Shown in pieces: positions 46,060 to 55,678 of a stretch of DNA of 64,000 nt (its first letter is position 1; each line of letters opens with the position of its first letter). Both the position numbers and the translations under genes were made by a program. The DNA comes from a virus (lineage: Duplodnaviria > Caudoviricetes): IMG/VR virus record IMGVR_UViG_3300045015_000053. One strand, 5' to 3'. The notes under the pieces were generated by a model, which was not told where the DNA came from, did no database searches, and worked only from the letters and a program-made list of their open reading frames with translations.

Positions 46060-46224
46060 ATGCGACACCTACTCAACTTTCTGATCCTGCTGACGGCGGT
46101 CATCGGATTGCCATTCGGGTGGATCGTTGCTTGGAACAAGCCCATTGGCAAGAAGCTCCAGACGAGCTTCGTGTGCGGCGTAGTTCTTGTAGCGGCCGTC
46201 ATCCTGTACTTCAGCTTGAGGTGA
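46060..46224 (+). CDS. small membrane protein
   Basis: Two hydrophobic segments. Confidence 0.55.
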   Translation: MRHLLNFLILLTAVIGLPFGWIVAWNKPIGKKLQTSFVCGVVLVAAVILYFSLR

Positions 46225-46227
46225 TTT

Positions 46228-46410
46228 GTGGGTGCAAAATCAACCATAGACATCACGCGGGCCGAGGCGTTGGCTTTCATCATGGACGCTTTGGGTCGTG
46301 CCGACAACGAGACGATTTCGCGTGTTCTTGAAGAATTGAACGACTGCGTTCGTGAGAGCGGCGACTACTCGAACAGTCTCGGCTTGCACAACTTTGCGGT
46401 TCGGGGCTAA
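46228..46410 (+). CDS. hypothetical protein
   Basis: GTG start after GAGG. Confidence 0.55.
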   Translation: MGAKSTIDITRAEALAFIMDALGRADNETISRVLEELNDCVRESGDYSNSLGLHNFAVRG

Positions 46411-46418
46411 ATAACCAC

Positions 46419-46616
46419 ATGAAGAAGACCTTGTTTTCAAAGTGGTTGAAGGTTCGCGAGGCGGTGGGCGGCGCGGTCGGCCCTTACATCGCGGGCAAAA
46501 AGGACAAGACTGGTTCCGGGTGCGGCAAGCACACCGACTTCCAAGTCAGCGGCGCGTGCAGCGACCTGAACACTGAGAAGGGGAACAAGAAGATCCGCGA
46601 CGGCAACATCAAGTAA
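46419..46616 (+). CDS. small protein with capsid-targeting-like N-terminus
   Basis: MKKTLFSKWLKVREA; TAAATA 5 nt upstream. Confidence 0.7.
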   Translation: MKKTLFSKWLKVREAVGGAVGPYIAGKKDKTGSGCGKHTDFQVSGACSDLNTEKGNKKIRDGNIK

Positions 46617-46617
46617 C

Positions 46618-46705
46618 GGATGGGTAGATTAACTGGTAGAGCGATAAGTGTAGACGGAGATCCGTCAAGCATCAAAGTGTGTGGGTTCGAGTCCCACCCC
46701 ATCCG
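46618..46705 (+). ncRNA. Ser-type tRNA-like RNA with no canonical anticodon arm
   Basis: Acceptor GGATGGG/CCCATCC-G-CT, normal T arm; central GACGG-AGAT-CCGTC hairpin. Confidence 0.5.
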
Positions 46706-46714
46706 CTCGACAAT

Positions 46715-46787
46715 CGGGGTGAAGTCTTGTTAGTGAGACGCCTGTCTGGGGGACAGGAAGCGGCCGGTGCAACTCCGGTCACCCCGA
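46715..46787 (+). tRNA. tRNA-Pro(GGG)
   Basis: CCTGT-CT GGG GG-ACAGG. Confidence 0.85.
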
Positions 46788-46793
46788 CTTTAT

Positions 46794-46865
46794 GCACCGG
46801 AGCCTCTATGGTTGGGGTGCCGTCTTATAAGCGGCTAGTCGTGGGTTCGATTCCCACCCGGTGTA
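46794..46865 (+). tRNA. tRNA-Ile(TAT)
   Basis: GCCGT-CT TAT AA-GCGGC. Confidence 0.85.
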
Positions 46866-46877
46866 CTCGGAGGTCGG

Positions 46878-47366
46878 ATGATGAAACGCATCTTGTCCAG
46901 ACTGTTCGCCGCTGCTGTTCTGGGGTTCCTGTTTTGGATCGTCTACACGGCCGGTCATCTCGACGGCCACAAACACGTCGAGGAAGCCAAGCTCGCGGCT
47001 AAGGCGGAAACGCCCAAATCGCCGCCCCTCACCGACTGGAAGAAGTTCTACGATCTGGTGAAGGCCGACAAAGCTGGCTACATGTTGATCGAGGTCGAAG
47101 CATCGTGTGCCGACCGCGAACAATCCGATTTCACTTTGTTTCTCGTAGACGGCAATCGCTGGTACGAGATGCAAGTCGGCGGCTTGTGGAGTTGCGGCGG
47201 GCCGCACCCCGACAAGCCGTATCGTTTTTTCGCCCTGCCCCAACCGTCATTCGATTCGATTTTGAAGAGGGTTCCCTCCGACGACGCCAAGTTCGTCATG
47301 GTGGGACCGGGTCAGCCGAAACTGACCAACGTCAAGATCTCCTATCACGACAAGGACAGGCCATGA
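46878..47366 (+). CDS. membrane-anchored hypothetical protein, paralog of next gene
   Basis: N-terminal TM; TDWKKFY, TLFLVDGNRWYE, LWSCGGPH, VPSDDAKFV. Confidence 0.75.
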   Translation: MMKRILSRLFAAAVLGFLFWIVYTAGHLDGHKHVEEAKLAAKAETPKSPPLTDWKKFYDLVKADKAGYMLIEVEASCADREQSDFTLFLVDGNRWYEMQVGGLWSCGGPHPDKPYRFFALPQPSFDSILKRVPSDDAKFVMVGPGQPKLTNVKISYHDKDRP

Positions 47367-47857
47367 AAAAGGCACTGCTCGCTTCGGCCGCGATCATCTT
47401 CGCTGTCTGGTTCGGTCATTACGTCGGCTACAGCCGGTGCAAGATCGACACGATGGAGCGTGAGAACGCCGAGTCCCGCGCCAAGATGATGGCGACGAAG
47501 CCCATCATTCCTCCAGTTACCGACTGGAAAAAGTTCTACATCGCCATTGAAAGTGGCGATGTCAACGCGATGGAATGGAGTGTTGGCGTTCAGGCCGATC
47601 CCGATTCGGAATACAACCGCTGCACCTTGTTTCTCGTAGACGGGGACCGCTGGTACGAGGTGGAAGATCTCAGTTTGTGGAGTTGCGGCGGGCCGCACGA
47701 AGACGGCGAACTGTACCGTTCTTACGTTCTGCCGCGAGACAAGTTCCGCAAGATGTTGAAGACGGTGCCGTCCGACGACGCGAAGTTCGTGGTGGTCGGC
47801 CCCGGTCGCGCCAAACTGGTCGAAGTCGAAATCAAGTATCGCGAACGCAAACGATAA
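47363..47857 (+). CDS. membrane-anchored hypothetical protein, tandem paralog
   Basis: Same motifs as the previous gene; ATGA coupling. Confidence 0.75.
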   Translation: MKKALLASAAIIFAVWFGHYVGYSRCKIDTMERENAESRAKMMATKPIIPPVTDWKKFYIAIESGDVNAMEWSVGVQADPDSEYNRCTLFLVDGDRWYEVEDLSLWSCGGPHEDGELYRSYVLPRDKFRKMLKTVPSDDAKFVVVGPGRAKLVEVEIKYRERKR

Positions 47858-47885
47858 CGTATACTGACGGCTGGAGGACAAAGCC

Positions 47886-48233
47886 ATGACCCCGGCCGAA
47901 CGCAAACAAAAGATCCGCGACCTTCAATGTCGCGCCGCCGATCTCTACCGGGAGGCCGGCGACCTTCGATGCGACTGCAACCACAACGTTCTGGTCAAAG
48001 AACCGGACGAATCCGGTCACTACGGCAGTGCCGAGTGCGAGGGTTGCGACGAAGACTTCGGGTGGTACTGTCACGCTTCCCCAGATCGTCGCTGTCACTA
48101 CTGGTTCCAGATCGAAGGCGAACGCAAGTTCGTTACGCTTGTCGATGGGACTCAGCACGACGTACCGGCCGACACTGAGGAACCGTATTACGAAGATTGC
48201 ATCTTCTGCGGACACCCCGACGAAAGAAAGTAG
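47886..48233 (+). CDS. Cys-rich hypothetical protein
   Basis: Multiple CxxC/CxH motifs; GGAGG RBS. Confidence 0.7.
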   Translation: MTPAERKQKIRDLQCRAADLYREAGDLRCDCNHNVLVKEPDESGHYGSAECEGCDEDFGWYCHASPDRRCHYWFQIEGERKFVTLVDGTQHDVPADTEEPYYEDCIFCGHPDERK

Positions 48234-48234
48234 A

Positions 48235-48249
48235 CGCAATTTCGGAGAC
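48235..48249 (+). promoter_or_regulatory. conserved intergenic 15-mer CGCAATTTCGGAGAC
   Basis: Third copy; TATACT 16 nt downstream. Confidence 0.6.
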
Positions 48250-48301
48250 TGGCTCTTTCCCAGTTTATACTGAGCGGGAACTTACTTTCTCGGAGCCAGC
48301 C

Positions 48302-48550
48302 ATGAACAAGGAATCGATCTTGGAACGTGTCCGCACCCACCCGGCCGAGCCGTTAAAGGACGACGCCCTTTACGTCTTTCGGATCACGCAGTTCAAGGGT
48401 CTGCTCGACCTCGTTGAAGACACGATGAAAAAGAGCGGCAAGGATCTGCCGACCGTTCTCGGCGCGTTCGCCAAGAACCGGGAGATCGTCCTGAACAGCT
48501 TCCCCTACGTTGGGGATGCGTTCGATGTCCTCATCAAAGACTTTAGCTGA
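48302..48550 (+). CDS. hypothetical protein
   Basis: GGAG RBS. Confidence 0.6.
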   Translation: MNKESILERVRTHPAEPLKDDALYVFRITQFKGLLDLVEDTMKKSGKDLPTVLGAFAKNREIVLNSFPYVGDAFDVLIKDFS

Positions 48551-48559
48551 GGACAAGCC

Positions 48560-49156
48560 ATGCGACGCGCCGTTTACTTGGGAATCGTGTCGGGTCTGTG
48601 CGTGGCGTGGACCCTTTTGATGATCGTCGCCGCAGGTTGGGCGAAGGATCACCCGGTCGCGGGTGTGTTCCCGATTGTGTTGCTCGTGATGGTCCCGATG
48701 GCCGTGGCGATCTACCTGATCCAGTCGGTTTACATCATGTACACACAACCGGAGTGGCACTTCTGGCCCTCGGTTGCGCGGTGCCAACTCTGTCAGAAGC
48801 GGATTTACGTCTGGCAGAACTACGAGCGGCGCGACATGAAGATGAAGGTGATGATGACCTGTACTTTGCCGGTGCAAGTCTGGGGCAGTTCCTTGTGCCA
48901 CACGGCCTGTGAGGGACAGCCTGAAGGTGAAGTAACGGCGAGTCGGGAAGTGGTTACTCGTTCGGCGGCAGACGAGCGGTTCACTGACGAGGAAATGAAG
49001 CAGCCGCACGTTCAGCAGTACCTGTTGGATCGCGTGAACCGGGAAGACGCGGCGCGAGCGGCCGAAGAACGTCGAAGTGCCGAAATGCTCGCCGAAGCGG
49101 AGCAACAGGTGGATCGCGAGTACCCTGCAAAGGGCTGGCCCGTTCAGAAAGACTAA
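48560..49156 (+). CDS. membrane protein with Cys motifs
   Basis: Two N-terminal TM segments; CQLC. Confidence 0.65.
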   Translation: MRRAVYLGIVSGLCVAWTLLMIVAAGWAKDHPVAGVFPIVLLVMVPMAVAIYLIQSVYIMYTQPEWHFWPSVARCQLCQKRIYVWQNYERRDMKMKVMMTCTLPVQVWGSSLCHTACEGQPEGEVTASREVVTRSAADERFTDEEMKQPHVQQYLLDRVNREDAARAAEERRSAEMLAEAEQQVDREYPAKGWPVQKD

Positions 49157-49516
49157 AATGTCTAAGCAGCAAGAGCGAGATGAGCAACTCGCTGAGTTGT
49201 GGCGGGTGTTAACAGAAACACACGAACCGAGCCACCGCGCACGGCGCAAGCCGGGTGAGGAAATATCCCACACAACTGCCAAAGTGGAAGAAAAAGGTCG
49301 CGAGGCCGAGTATCGCTATCACCACGAATGTGCAAGCCAAACAGACCTGAGCCGGGGGCAGGGCGTTGAAGGTCGGGTTGGTGCGGCAGCTATCGGGCTG
49401 CGGGGCGAGCAATCGCCTCAGTCTAATGGTGGCACTTGTTATACGCGACTCAAAGGTTACGGCCTTTGAGTCAGGCGTGTGGCATAGAACAGAATGGGAG
49501 TTACGGGTTCGTGGAC

Positions 49517-49588
49517 GGTCGATTCGTCTAGTGGCGAAGACATCTGCATCACACGCAGAAAACAGGGGTTCGATTCCCTTATCGACTA
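49517..49588 (+). tRNA. tRNA-Val(CAC)
   Basis: TCTGC-AT CAC AC-GCAGA. Confidence 0.85.
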
Positions 49589-49610
49589 CTAACTACTCTG
49601 GAGTCTGATC

Positions 49611-49760
49611 ATGGCGAGCTTCGCGGACGGGATCGGTCAGGGACTCGACGGGATATTCAAGGTCGGCGGGTGCATCATCATCTTCCTTTTGGGTCTGAGC
49701 GTTCTGTCGCTCGGCACTACGGCTTACCTGCTGTGGCGGTTCTGGGGTCAGTTGTTTTGA
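49611..49760 (+). CDS. small membrane protein (49 aa)
   Basis: GGAG RBS; hydrophobic segment; translated by eye. Confidence 0.55.
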   Translation: MASFADGIGQGLDGIFKVGGCIIIFLLGLSVLSLGTTAYLLWRFWGQLF

Positions 49761-49768
49761 GTTGTGAT

Positions 49769-49839
49769 CGGCGATTCGTTCAATGGTAGGACACCTGCCT
49801 GACGTGCAGAAGACGGGGGTTCGATTCCCTCATCGCCGA
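49769..49839 (+). tRNA. tRNA-Val(GAC)
   Basis: CTGC-CT GAC GT-GCAG. Confidence 0.85.
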
Positions 49840-50003
49840 CTTTGACCAGAGGTGTCTTATGCCCAGAAACTCCATCCTCGGTGAAGCTCTCGCCTGTTTC
49901 ATCATGGCGGGTCTTATGCCGATCTTCATTCTCGTCTTTTTGACTGGCGGCATTCCAACTTTGGCTGTCGCCAGTCATCGCCGAGATTGACTAAGATTAC
50001 GGT

Positions 50004-51341
50004 ATGATCACCACCGTAATCTTCGACCTCGACGGCGTTCTCATCGACGCCAAGCCTTACCACTTCAAGGCTCTGAACGACGCTCTCCCAGAGCAATTCC
50101 GCATAACCGACATCGAACACCTGTCGGTTTACGATGGCTTGCCTACTCGCGACAAGCTGCTCAAGCTGTCTCAACTCAAATCCTTCCCACGCGATTGGCA
50201 CCAAAAGACCATCGACGCGAAGAACAAGAACTTCTTCGCATACCTCGCGTCTTTGGCCCCGGACGCTCAGAAACAAGAACTGTTCGCCAAACTGACCGGC
50301 GACGGCTTTAGGATCGCCGTGGTCAGCAATTCCATCAGGCACACCATCGTTTCTGCCCTGAAGCGGCTAGGGCTGTACGAATATGTCTCGCACATTGTCT
50401 CGAACGAGGACATCGCGTCCCCGAAGCCGAACCCGCAACCGTACATGTCGGCGATGTTGTTTCTGGGGGTCGGGCCGCACGAAACGCTGATCGTTGAGGA
50501 CTCTCCTGTGGGCCTCGAAGCGGCCTACAGATCCGGCGCACACGTTCTTCAAGTCGCTGATTCGACCGAGGTCACTTGGATCAACATCAACGCGGCGATC
50601 AAGAACGCCCGCCGCCGCGAGGTGTGGACCGACTACAAGATGAACGTGGTCGTTCCGATGGCCGGCAACGGGAAGAGGTTCGCCGAAGCGGGGTTCGTGG
50701 TCCCCAAGCCGCTGATCGAGATCAACGGCCAGCCGATGATCAAACTCGCGGTCAACTCGCTCAACGTGAAGGCCAATTTCTTCTTCTTGGCTCGGCGAGA
50801 ACACATTCCCCAGTGTGTGTTCCTCGCCTACGATAACCCGGCTTCGCGGTTCGTTCCTGTGGACGGGCTGACCGAAGGCGCGGCGTGTACCGTGCTTCTG
50901 GCCGAGCGTTTCATCGACAACGACAAGCCGCTGCTCATCGCGAACTCGGATCAGTTCGTCGTTTACGATGCTCTCAGGTTCTTCTACACGGCGAAGGACT
51001 ACGACGGGAGCATCCTGACCTTCCCGGCGAAAGAGAGCAAGTGGAGCTACGCGGCCGTGGAAGACGGGATCGTAACGCGGGTGGCCGAGAAGGAAGTGAT
51101 TTCGCCTCACGCGACGGTGGGTGTCTACTTGTGGAACAAGGGCAGTGATTTCGTGAAGTACGCGAAGCAGATGATGGCGAAGGACGTTCGCGTGAACAAC
51201 GAGTTCTACGTCTGCCCGGTTTTCAACGAGGCGATTGCGGACGGCAAGCGGTTCACGATCTTCCCGGTGGAGCAAATGATCGGTATGGGTACGCCAGAAG
51301 ATTACGCAAAAGCTATGTACCCGTTGACCAAGTTGATGTAA
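50004..51341 (+). CDS. HAD-family phosphatase fused to a sugar nucleotidyltransferase
   Basis: FDLDGVLID, VVSNS, KPNP, VEDS; VPMAGNGKRF, PKPLIEING, TEGAACT. Confidence 0.9.
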   Translation: MITTVIFDLDGVLIDAKPYHFKALNDALPEQFRITDIEHLSVYDGLPTRDKLLKLSQLKSFPRDWHQKTIDAKNKNFFAYLASLAPDAQKQELFAKLTGDGFRIAVVSNSIRHTIVSALKRLGLYEYVSHIVSNEDIASPKPNPQPYMSAMLFLGVGPHETLIVEDSPVGLEAAYRSGAHVLQVADSTEVTWININAAIKNARRREVWTDYKMNVVVPMAGNGKRFAEAGFVVPKPLIEINGQPMIKLAVNSLNVKANFFFLARREHIPQCVFLAYDNPASRFVPVDGLTEGAACTVLLAERFIDNDKPLLIANSDQFVVYDALRFFYTAKDYDGSILTFPAKESKWSYAAVEDGIVTRVAEKEVISPHATVGVYLWNKGSDFVKYAKQMMAKDVRVNNEFYVCPVFNEAIADGKRFTIFPVEQMIGMGTPEDYAKAMYPLTKLM

Positions 51342-51367
51342 TATGATCGGGAACTGGAGGACCGATC

Positions 51368-51982
51368 ATGCCGCCGTATCAGCAAGAAGACCGCCTTCGT
51401 CCCTTGATCTCGCGTCTGGTCGAGCCTGGACTCGTGCCGGCGATCCAGAAGTTCCACGACGACCACCTCGATGACATCCTCGCCAACCCCGGCAGCGGCC
51501 ACAATCATCAGAACTGGTACGGCGGTTACTGCGACCACATCGTTCAGTGTCTGACGCTGGCCGAACAACAGTACAAAATGCTGTGCAAGTTCCATTCGGC
51601 CAAGTTCGGCAACGAGCGGAAGTTCGCTTCGTACACGCCCCCGTTCACGCTGGCGAGTGCTGCTCTCGTTCTCTACTTCCACGACGTGGAGAAGATCCCG
51701 AAGTACACCCGCACACCGCACATGTTCAACGACGCTCTGAAGTATAACCAAGAGATCTGGTACTACGGCGTTCTGCCAGAGTGGTACGGGATCATCTTTA
51801 TGCCCAACGAACAGAACGCCCTGAAGTACGTTCACGGCGAACACGACCACTCGAAGACCGAGCGGAAGGCCAAGCCGCTGGCCGCATTCTGTCACTGCTG
51901 CGACATGATGTCATCGCGGATGTTCCACGACACCTACGAGTTGAGGGTTCCCAATGGCTCTGACGTGCTGCCTCAAGTGTGA
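51368..51982 (+). CDS. HD-domain protein
   Basis: HNHQ...GGYCDH, YFHDVEK, HG, CDMMSSR. Confidence 0.75.
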   Translation: MPPYQQEDRLRPLISRLVEPGLVPAIQKFHDDHLDDILANPGSGHNHQNWYGGYCDHIVQCLTLAEQQYKMLCKFHSAKFGNERKFASYTPPFTLASAALVLYFHDVEKIPKYTRTPHMFNDALKYNQEIWYYGVLPEWYGIIFMPNEQNALKYVHGEHDHSKTERKAKPLAAFCHCCDMMSSRMFHDTYELRVPNGSDVLPQV

Positions 51983-52172
51983 CAAGTGCTACGGCGAAAA
52001 CAAACCGCGTTGTCCGCATTGCGGTGCGTACAACTTCTTCGCCGACAACGACACCCTCGGACCAGCCGTGGATGTACTGGTCGAGAAAGTCAAGCTCGAT
52101 GCCAAACTCGCCGAACTTGCGGCGGTGCGGGCTGAGATTCTTGACCCCCTTCCATTTGCCGAGGAAATCTGA
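51954..52172 (+). CDS. small zinc-finger protein
   Basis: CLKC...CPHCG. Confidence 0.6.
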   Translation: MALTCCLKCDKCYGENKPRCPHCGAYNFFADNDTLGPAVDVLVEKVKLDAKLAELAAVRAEILDPLPFAEEI

Positions 52173-52384
52173 TGAGAGACAAACCGTCGCGGCTCCGAGA
52201 GATGGCCGAGGAAGAACGGTCGGCCCGTGGGTTCGGGATCACCGTGGAACAACTTCGTCAGCAAAGGCGCGAACTCGGCCAGTTGTTGACGGGTCCATAC
52301 GCCGGGTGTTCGCCGGATTTCGCCGATTTCATGGAGTCGAGCAAGAAAGTCTCGAAACTTCTTGCGCAATTTCGGAGACAGTGA
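52172..52384 (+). CDS. hypothetical protein
   Basis: TGATG coupling. Confidence 0.5.
   Translation: MRDKPSRLREMAEEERSARGFGITVEQLRQQRRELGQLLTGPYAGCSPDFADFMESSKKVSKLLAQFRRQ
52365..52379 (+). promoter_or_regulatory. conserved intergenic 15-mer CGCAATTTCGGAGAC
   Basis: Fourth copy; TATACT 25 nt downstream, upstream of the RNA ligase. Confidence 0.6.
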
Positions 52385-52429
52385 AAGACGGCCCTTTTTC
52401 AGCGTATACTGATCACCGGAGGTAAGGCC

Positions 52430-53389
52430 ATGAACTTCGTCGGTTTCCCAAGCATCGAGAGTTTTCATCACATCGTTCGTTACGCTGCGGCGTACCCGGA
52501 CGCGATCAAGGCTCCCGTTCGTTACCGGGGCAAGGTGAAACTCCACGGCACGAACGCCGGCATCCGCGTCGTCAACGGCGAGGTGCAGGCTCAGTCCCGT
52601 AGCCAACTGATCACACCGCAGTCCGACAACGCCGGGTTCGCGCGGTGGGTGGACGGAAACAAGGACTTCTGGCCGGTTCTGAACGCGACCCTCCCCGACT
52701 GCACCGTCTTCGGCGAGTGGGCCGGGCCGGGCATCATGAAGGGTACGGCGATCAACCAAGCGGCCGGCAAATTCTTCGCCGTGTTCGCCATCTACACGCC
52801 GACCGAGATCATCGCCGACCCCGCCGAGATCGCGGCTCTGCTCCCTAACCGTCCGGCCGACGTTCACATTCTGCCGTGGTACGGGGAAGAGTTCGAGGTG
52901 GACTACTGCAACGAAGCCTCGATGCGTCGGACGGTGCCGAACCTGAACGCGGTGGTCGAGACGGTCGAGAAGTGCGACCCGTGGGCGAAGGAAGTTCTGG
53001 GCGTCGAAGGCGTCGGCGAGGGCGTGGTGTACTACCCGCAGACCCGCGACAGCGAGGTGTTCAAGACCCTCGTGTTCAAGGCGAAGGGCGAACAGCACCG
53101 CGTCGTCAAGGCGAAGGAAGCCGTGCAAATGGCTCCCGAAGTCGCCGAGAACATCACCGCGTTCGTGACGATGTTCGTCACCCCGGCGCGACTAGAACAG
53201 GGGCTGGCGGCGGTGGGCGGGCAAGCTCTCATGCCGAAGATGAAGGACTTCCTTCAGTGGATGATGGGGGACGTGGTCAAGGAAAGCAAGGCGGAACTGG
53301 AGGCTTCGGGCATGAAGTGGGAACAGGTCGATAAGGCCGTTCTCAAGGCGTGCCGCGAGTGGTTTATCCAGAAGAGTCGCACCGTCTAA
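52430..53389 (+). CDS. RNA ligase, Rnl2 family
   Basis: KLHGTN (motif I), FGEWAG (III), GEGVV (IV), FKAK (V). Confidence 0.85.
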   Translation: MNFVGFPSIESFHHIVRYAAAYPDAIKAPVRYRGKVKLHGTNAGIRVVNGEVQAQSRSQLITPQSDNAGFARWVDGNKDFWPVLNATLPDCTVFGEWAGPGIMKGTAINQAAGKFFAVFAIYTPTEIIADPAEIAALLPNRPADVHILPWYGEEFEVDYCNEASMRRTVPNLNAVVETVEKCDPWAKEVLGVEGVGEGVVYYPQTRDSEVFKTLVFKAKGEQHRVVKAKEAVQMAPEVAENITAFVTMFVTPARLEQGLAAVGGQALMPKMKDFLQWMMGDVVKESKAELEASGMKWEQVDKAVLKACREWFIQKSRTV

Positions 53390-53473
53390 GTACAAGAAGT
53401 ACAACGACACCGAGATCGAGTTAAACCTGTTGTCCGAGCATTTGATGCTCGAAGTCATGATGATGGAGAAGAA

Positions 53474-53782
53474 ATGACCGCCGAAGAGTTCAACGTGTTG
53501 TGTCAGGGGTTGATTACCTACAACCCCAACAACTTCCTCGAAAAGCTGTTCAAGACCGACAACGGGTGGTTCCCGTTCGGCGAGTTGGGCATCGCCTCGC
53601 CAGAGGCGATTCGGGTGACGTACATGCAGACGCCGTGGGCGAACTTGGCGGTGATCGTGTTCTTCCACATGTTCGAGGGCTACACCTACAGCAAGACGTA
53701 CAAGATCACCGATCTGCCGTCCGTGCGGGACGGGTACGCGAAACTCAAGGAATCGTTGCCGGGCAACTCCGTCTGCCAGTGA
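53474..53782 (+). CDS. hypothetical protein
   Basis: GGAG RBS. Confidence 0.65.
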   Translation: MTAEEFNVLCQGLITYNPNNFLEKLFKTDNGWFPFGELGIASPEAIRVTYMQTPWANLAVIVFFHMFEGYTYSKTYKITDLPSVRDGYAKLKESLPGNSVCQ

Positions 53783-53955
53783 CGGGCGCGGGGTTCAACT
53801 CCCCGCGATTCCTTTTCGGGGCCGAAAGGCAGGGCGAGCGAAAGCTGTGACCTCTGGTGGGAGCCGCCAAAGACTGTCGCCTAGTCTGGGCTTGCCTCGT
53901 AGCAGGTGACTATAGAGCAAGATGGCAACTTGCGTGGCCGACCCCACCCCCGACA
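53783..53955 (+). ncRNA. candidate structured RNA beginning with a T-arm-like hairpin
   Basis: CGGGG-TTCAACT-CCCCG, GCGAAAGC hairpin; no ORF. Confidence 0.3.
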
Positions 53956-54003
53956 ACTCTCTGGTATAATGTACAGGAAGTACACATTACCGTGAGGCAA
54001 ACA

Positions 54004-54198
54004 ATGGACGACATTCTCAAGGACATCGCAGCCCAACTCGCCGCCGACCCGAAGCAGGCGTTCGTTGAAGTCGATCAAGACGACTTCTTCACGCCTGCGG
54101 TCATGACCCGTATCGAAGACCAGTTCCCGAACTATGTGGCAAACACAGGTTCCGGTCGCGGGTCCGGGTCTTGGGTCCAACTCCTACCGAAAGACTGA
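54004..54198 (+). CDS. hypothetical protein
   Basis: GAGG RBS, upstream TATAAT. Confidence 0.6.
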   Translation: MDDILKDIAAQLAADPKQAFVEVDQDDFFTPAVMTRIEDQFPNYVANTGSGRGSGSWVQLLPKD

Positions 54199-54201
54199 GT
54201 C

Positions 54202-54462
54202 ATGCTGTTCGCAAACGTGGTCGGCGATTTCATATTGATCTGTTTGGTATTCGCCCTCGTCGGCTTGTTCTGGCTTCTCTACCACATCGGTTACTGGCTG
54301 GCTTACCTGTGCGCCGGCAAACACGGACGCCGGTATATCAGGCGGAAACGCAAGGCCGAACAATTGAAGTTTGCGGAACAAGAACTCGCCAGTCTTCACG
54401 CGGCGACCGATGCTAAGACGGCTGAAGTCAACCGATTGAATGCCGAACTTGACGCCATCTGA
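54202..54462 (+). CDS. membrane protein with coiled coil
   Basis: N-terminal TM segment. Confidence 0.65.
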   Translation: MLFANVVGDFILICLVFALVGLFWLLYHIGYWLAYLCAGKHGRRYIRRKRKAEQLKFAEQELASLHAATDAKTAEVNRLNAELDAI

Positions 54463-54473
54463 TACAATTCAGC

Positions 54474-55268
54474 ATGGTTTACGACACGTTCATTTTCCTC
54501 AACGAGTTCGAGATCCTCGACATCCGCTTCCGCGAACTCGAAGACGTGGTTGACACGTTCGTGATCGTGGAGGCCGGCGAAACGCACAGCGGGAAACCCA
54601 AGCCGTTCTTCTTCGAGGAAAAGGCTCGGTGGTTCGCCCGCTGGCTTCACAAAGTCACTCACGTCAAGGTTCAGAAGATCCCTCCGGGCTATCCCGACAA
54701 GCCCATCGCTTACGCCCGCGAGCATTCACACCGCGATTGTACGATCCACGGCTTGGGCAACGTCAAGGCCGACGACTACGTCATGGTCGGTGACGTTGAC
54801 GAGATCCCATCGGCGAACGCCGTTCTTCGCGCCAAAGAGTTGACCGACATGCAGGAGTCGGTGTGGTTCAACCAGCCGCTCTACTACTACTACTTGAACA
54901 ACTTCATGTCGCCGATCTGGAACGGCACCCGGATGGTGAAGGGAAAGTTCTTTCAAGACAAAGAAAACACTGCTACTATGTGTAAGTCGGTTTGGACGCG
55001 GCCGGGGTGCGAGTTGAAGGACGCGGGGTGGCACTTTTCGTGGATGGGTAGTGCCGAGAAGTTGTCGTACAAGCTGTCGTCTTTCATGCACCAAGAATGG
55101 AACCAGCCGCAATACAATAATCTCGCCAACTTCCAAAAGAGCTTGGACACGGGCGACGATTTCTGGGGGCGGGCGCACAAGGGGACCATCGTGCCGCTCG
55201 ACCAGATGCCCAAGTGTGTCCGTGACAATCCGTCGAGCTACGCGGCTCTACTCAAAGCGAAGTGGTGA
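54474..55268 (+). CDS. glycosyltransferase family 17-like
   Basis: VYDTFIFLNE, GDVDEIP, AGWHFSW; paralog of 23098..23898. Confidence 0.85.
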   Translation: MVYDTFIFLNEFEILDIRFRELEDVVDTFVIVEAGETHSGKPKPFFFEEKARWFARWLHKVTHVKVQKIPPGYPDKPIAYAREHSHRDCTIHGLGNVKADDYVMVGDVDEIPSANAVLRAKELTDMQESVWFNQPLYYYYLNNFMSPIWNGTRMVKGKFFQDKENTATMCKSVWTRPGCELKDAGWHFSWMGSAEKLSYKLSSFMHQEWNQPQYNNLANFQKSLDTGDDFWGRAHKGTIVPLDQMPKCVRDNPSSYAALLKAKW

Positions 55269-55271
55269 ATC

Positions 55272-55619
55272 ATGACAGAGGTTAAAGACAAGCCCGCCGA
55301 GAAACCAATCGTCACTCTGGCCGAACTCTACGAGGACTACGGCAATCTGAGGAGCGATTTGTTCGAGTTGGTGGAACTTTTGCCGGACGGCGATCTCAAA
55401 GATCACATACTCGAAACCGACAAGAGGATTCTGAACATCATCGACGGCAAGGTGAACACGCCGTTGAAGTGCAGACACTGCGAGCAATCGGCCCAGTTTT
55501 GGGCTGAGAAGGCGAGGGAGAAGTGCTTGGAGATGGGGCTTGAGGAAGAACCGGACAACGTCATGTATGCGTTGAAGTGTTACATCGTACAGAACGCGGG
55601 GAGCCACCCGGTTTCATGA
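55272..55619 (+). CDS. hypothetical protein
   Basis: 115-aa ORF. Confidence 0.65.
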   Translation: MTEVKDKPAEKPIVTLAELYEDYGNLRSDLFELVELLPDGDLKDHILETDKRILNIIDGKVNTPLKCRHCEQSAQFWAEKAREKCLEMGLEEEPDNVMYALKCYIVQNAGSHPVS

Positions 55620-55678
55620 GCCGGGAAGGTGGGATGCGCAGCAGGGGCAACTCTGTACCACCCCCGCGACCAACACGG

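Noticed and set aside
49158-49500. CDS 49158..49469
   Set aside because: Only the first ~20 codons look native; the rest has atypical composition and a 10-bp hairpin, so it is ambiguous between a short gene and non-coding sequence.
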